Assembly: GCA_963924565.1 (NCBI GenBank)
Contig: OZ004607.1
Span: 10,168,001 to 10,232,000 of the forward strand
Source: Ascidiella aspersa
Taxonomy: Eukaryota
Direction of reading: 5' to 3'
Length of the DNA stretch: 64,000 nucleotides
Shown here: one piece after another, positions 62,329-64,000 of the stretch
Position numbering within the stretch: position 1 is the first letter of the stretch
How the letters are laid out: every line of letters begins with the position of its first letter
Notes under the pieces: model-generated
The model's input: the letters and a program-made list of their open reading frames with translations, nothing else
The model's database searches: none
Told to the model about the DNA's origin: nothing
Program-made: the position numbers and the translations under genes

Positions 62329-64000
62329 GTTAGTTCACCGTTTTTGCCGTTTTACGCGGCGACTTAAATACTATATAAGCGTAAGTTTAACAGCGACACT
62401 TTGGCGACCTAAATTTCTTTTCTTGGCCGTTTGTAAACCAACAAAACATACAAAAATTTAAATATAAGTTAGAATTTAATTAATATTTTTTGCGATACCG
62501 CAATTTTATCAAATATTGGGGCACTATTTCACTCAGTAAATCCTACAATGCCAACTACTACAGTCGGCCACAATAGTTTAAAAGTCCACCCAACTTCTGG
62601 TGGCGACTATTGAGAAACACTAGGATAGTTCTAGGGCTGTGTCCTTTATCAAGTGATGCCTTTGCCCTACCACCAGAAATAAACGGTAACAGATTTCTAC
62701 AGCCTGACACCTGAAACAACTTTGAATTTTGTAGTGGAAAAACGCTTAAAGTTCAGGAAAGCAAAAATAGGTTTGGCTTTGCGATTGTTACTTTGTTAAA
62801 AATTAGACAAAAACTTGAAGTTTTCTAAAAACAGTTTGTAAAAAATAAACATTTTTCACCCCAATCAATTAATTTTGGTGTGTAATGCGTTATAATTTCT
62901 TTATTGCGGTACCTACTACTTGATATTTACGGTTAATGACTGTCGAGGTAATCAGTACAGTACTGTACTATTCTTGTTTTTATTCCTGTACTCAGTAAGA
63001 TAAAAAAAAAATTAGAAAAGTCAAATAAATGTAATGACCGTTTTAACGAATTACTGAGTTTTTATCCTTGGTTTATCTTATAGTAATAATTAATAGAATC
63101 TATTTTAATTGTAAACTCAACAACCAAACACATGATATCATTACTTGAAATGAATTAATAAAACTTTTAATTTGATTGACTGTGCAGTGTGCACCATAGG
63201 AACATATTACATTGGCTACTTTGTTTGCTGAAGTACACCTATAAAATATTCTACGAAACCAAAATATTTACATCTCTCCGTATACTTTCCTTGAAAAACG
63301 CAAAGGAAAAACTCTTACAATGCGAAAGTATCGGGTAACCCAGCAATATGCAAGTCGACCATTCCAAAATTCCCCGAAACCTCTCAGTAATCCCGACTCA
63401 ATTCTGACCCAATGCCTTCGTCATGGGCGACTGAACAGGGTTGCGGTTGGGTCACGTGACTACTTCCTGGAACTCTGGCGTGAGATTGGAACGATAAACT
63501 AACCCGCAATGATAAAAGCTGGGAGGATAATACACACTTTCACGGGTTCAATCCTCGCCCAGTTTCCACCTAAAGCTCAAATTTAAGCAAATCTTGCGCG
63601 TTGATTAAGCTGTGTGCCTGTTACAATCAGAAGCTTATGTGGTTGCCAACCCTTTTTTAAATATTGAAACGACGTTTCTAAAAAAAAAATATTAACCAAG
63701 CTTTATAGGGTCGCTTACTAGTCAGTAATTAATCAGTAATCACCTTTAAACTCTCAAAAGTGATTTGGTTTGCCTTTATAGATGAAAAAAAGAAAAAATA
63801 TCGCTGCGATCTTAAAGTCACTAGCCAAAAGCTTCAACAAAAAAAATTCCCCTGTGAATGTTTTGGTGACTTAGGCATTAAATAGCGTTATGATTGGTTA
63901 ACGCGTCGAAGGTTCCCTTAAAAAGGTTGCACAAAACGATCATGCTTTAGGTAAACCCGAGAAAAGGCAATGCCCCTGAAATTCAGACTAATCTAAACTT

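Noticed and set aside
63510-64000. SINE-like fragments with a B-box-like GGTTCAATCC near the window end
   Set aside because: Boundaries and family could not be defined from this window alone.

Overview
AT-rich, intron-rich animal genomic DNA, most consistent with an invertebrate chordate such as an ascidian (inference from gene set, compact GT-AG introns and MITE load; species not determinable). Manual splicing gives five protein-coding genes: (1) the 3' 15 coding exons of a class-6-like transmembrane semaphorin (+, 171-21027); (2) a convergent TSSK-like CAMK-group kinase with a very long C-terminal extension (-, 32033-25799); (3) ANKZF1/Vms1 (+, 34521-46589); (4) UBL7 (+, 47581-52034); (5) the first two coding exons of a melatonin-receptor-like class A GPCR (+, 60612-62328, continuing beyond the window). 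Introns hold many short hAT-type MITEs with 8-bp target-site duplications (TSDs). The most notable non-coding signals are two small Penelope-like insertions carrying minimal type-I hammerhead ribozyme motifs (one as a perfect 53-bp inverted pair with a hammerhead on each strand), and a mobile unit of about 350 bp containing an intact but non-decoding tRNA-like cloverleaf with its own Pol III terminator, seen in partial-tandem and inverted arrangements. All exon models were derived by eye; no database searches were run.
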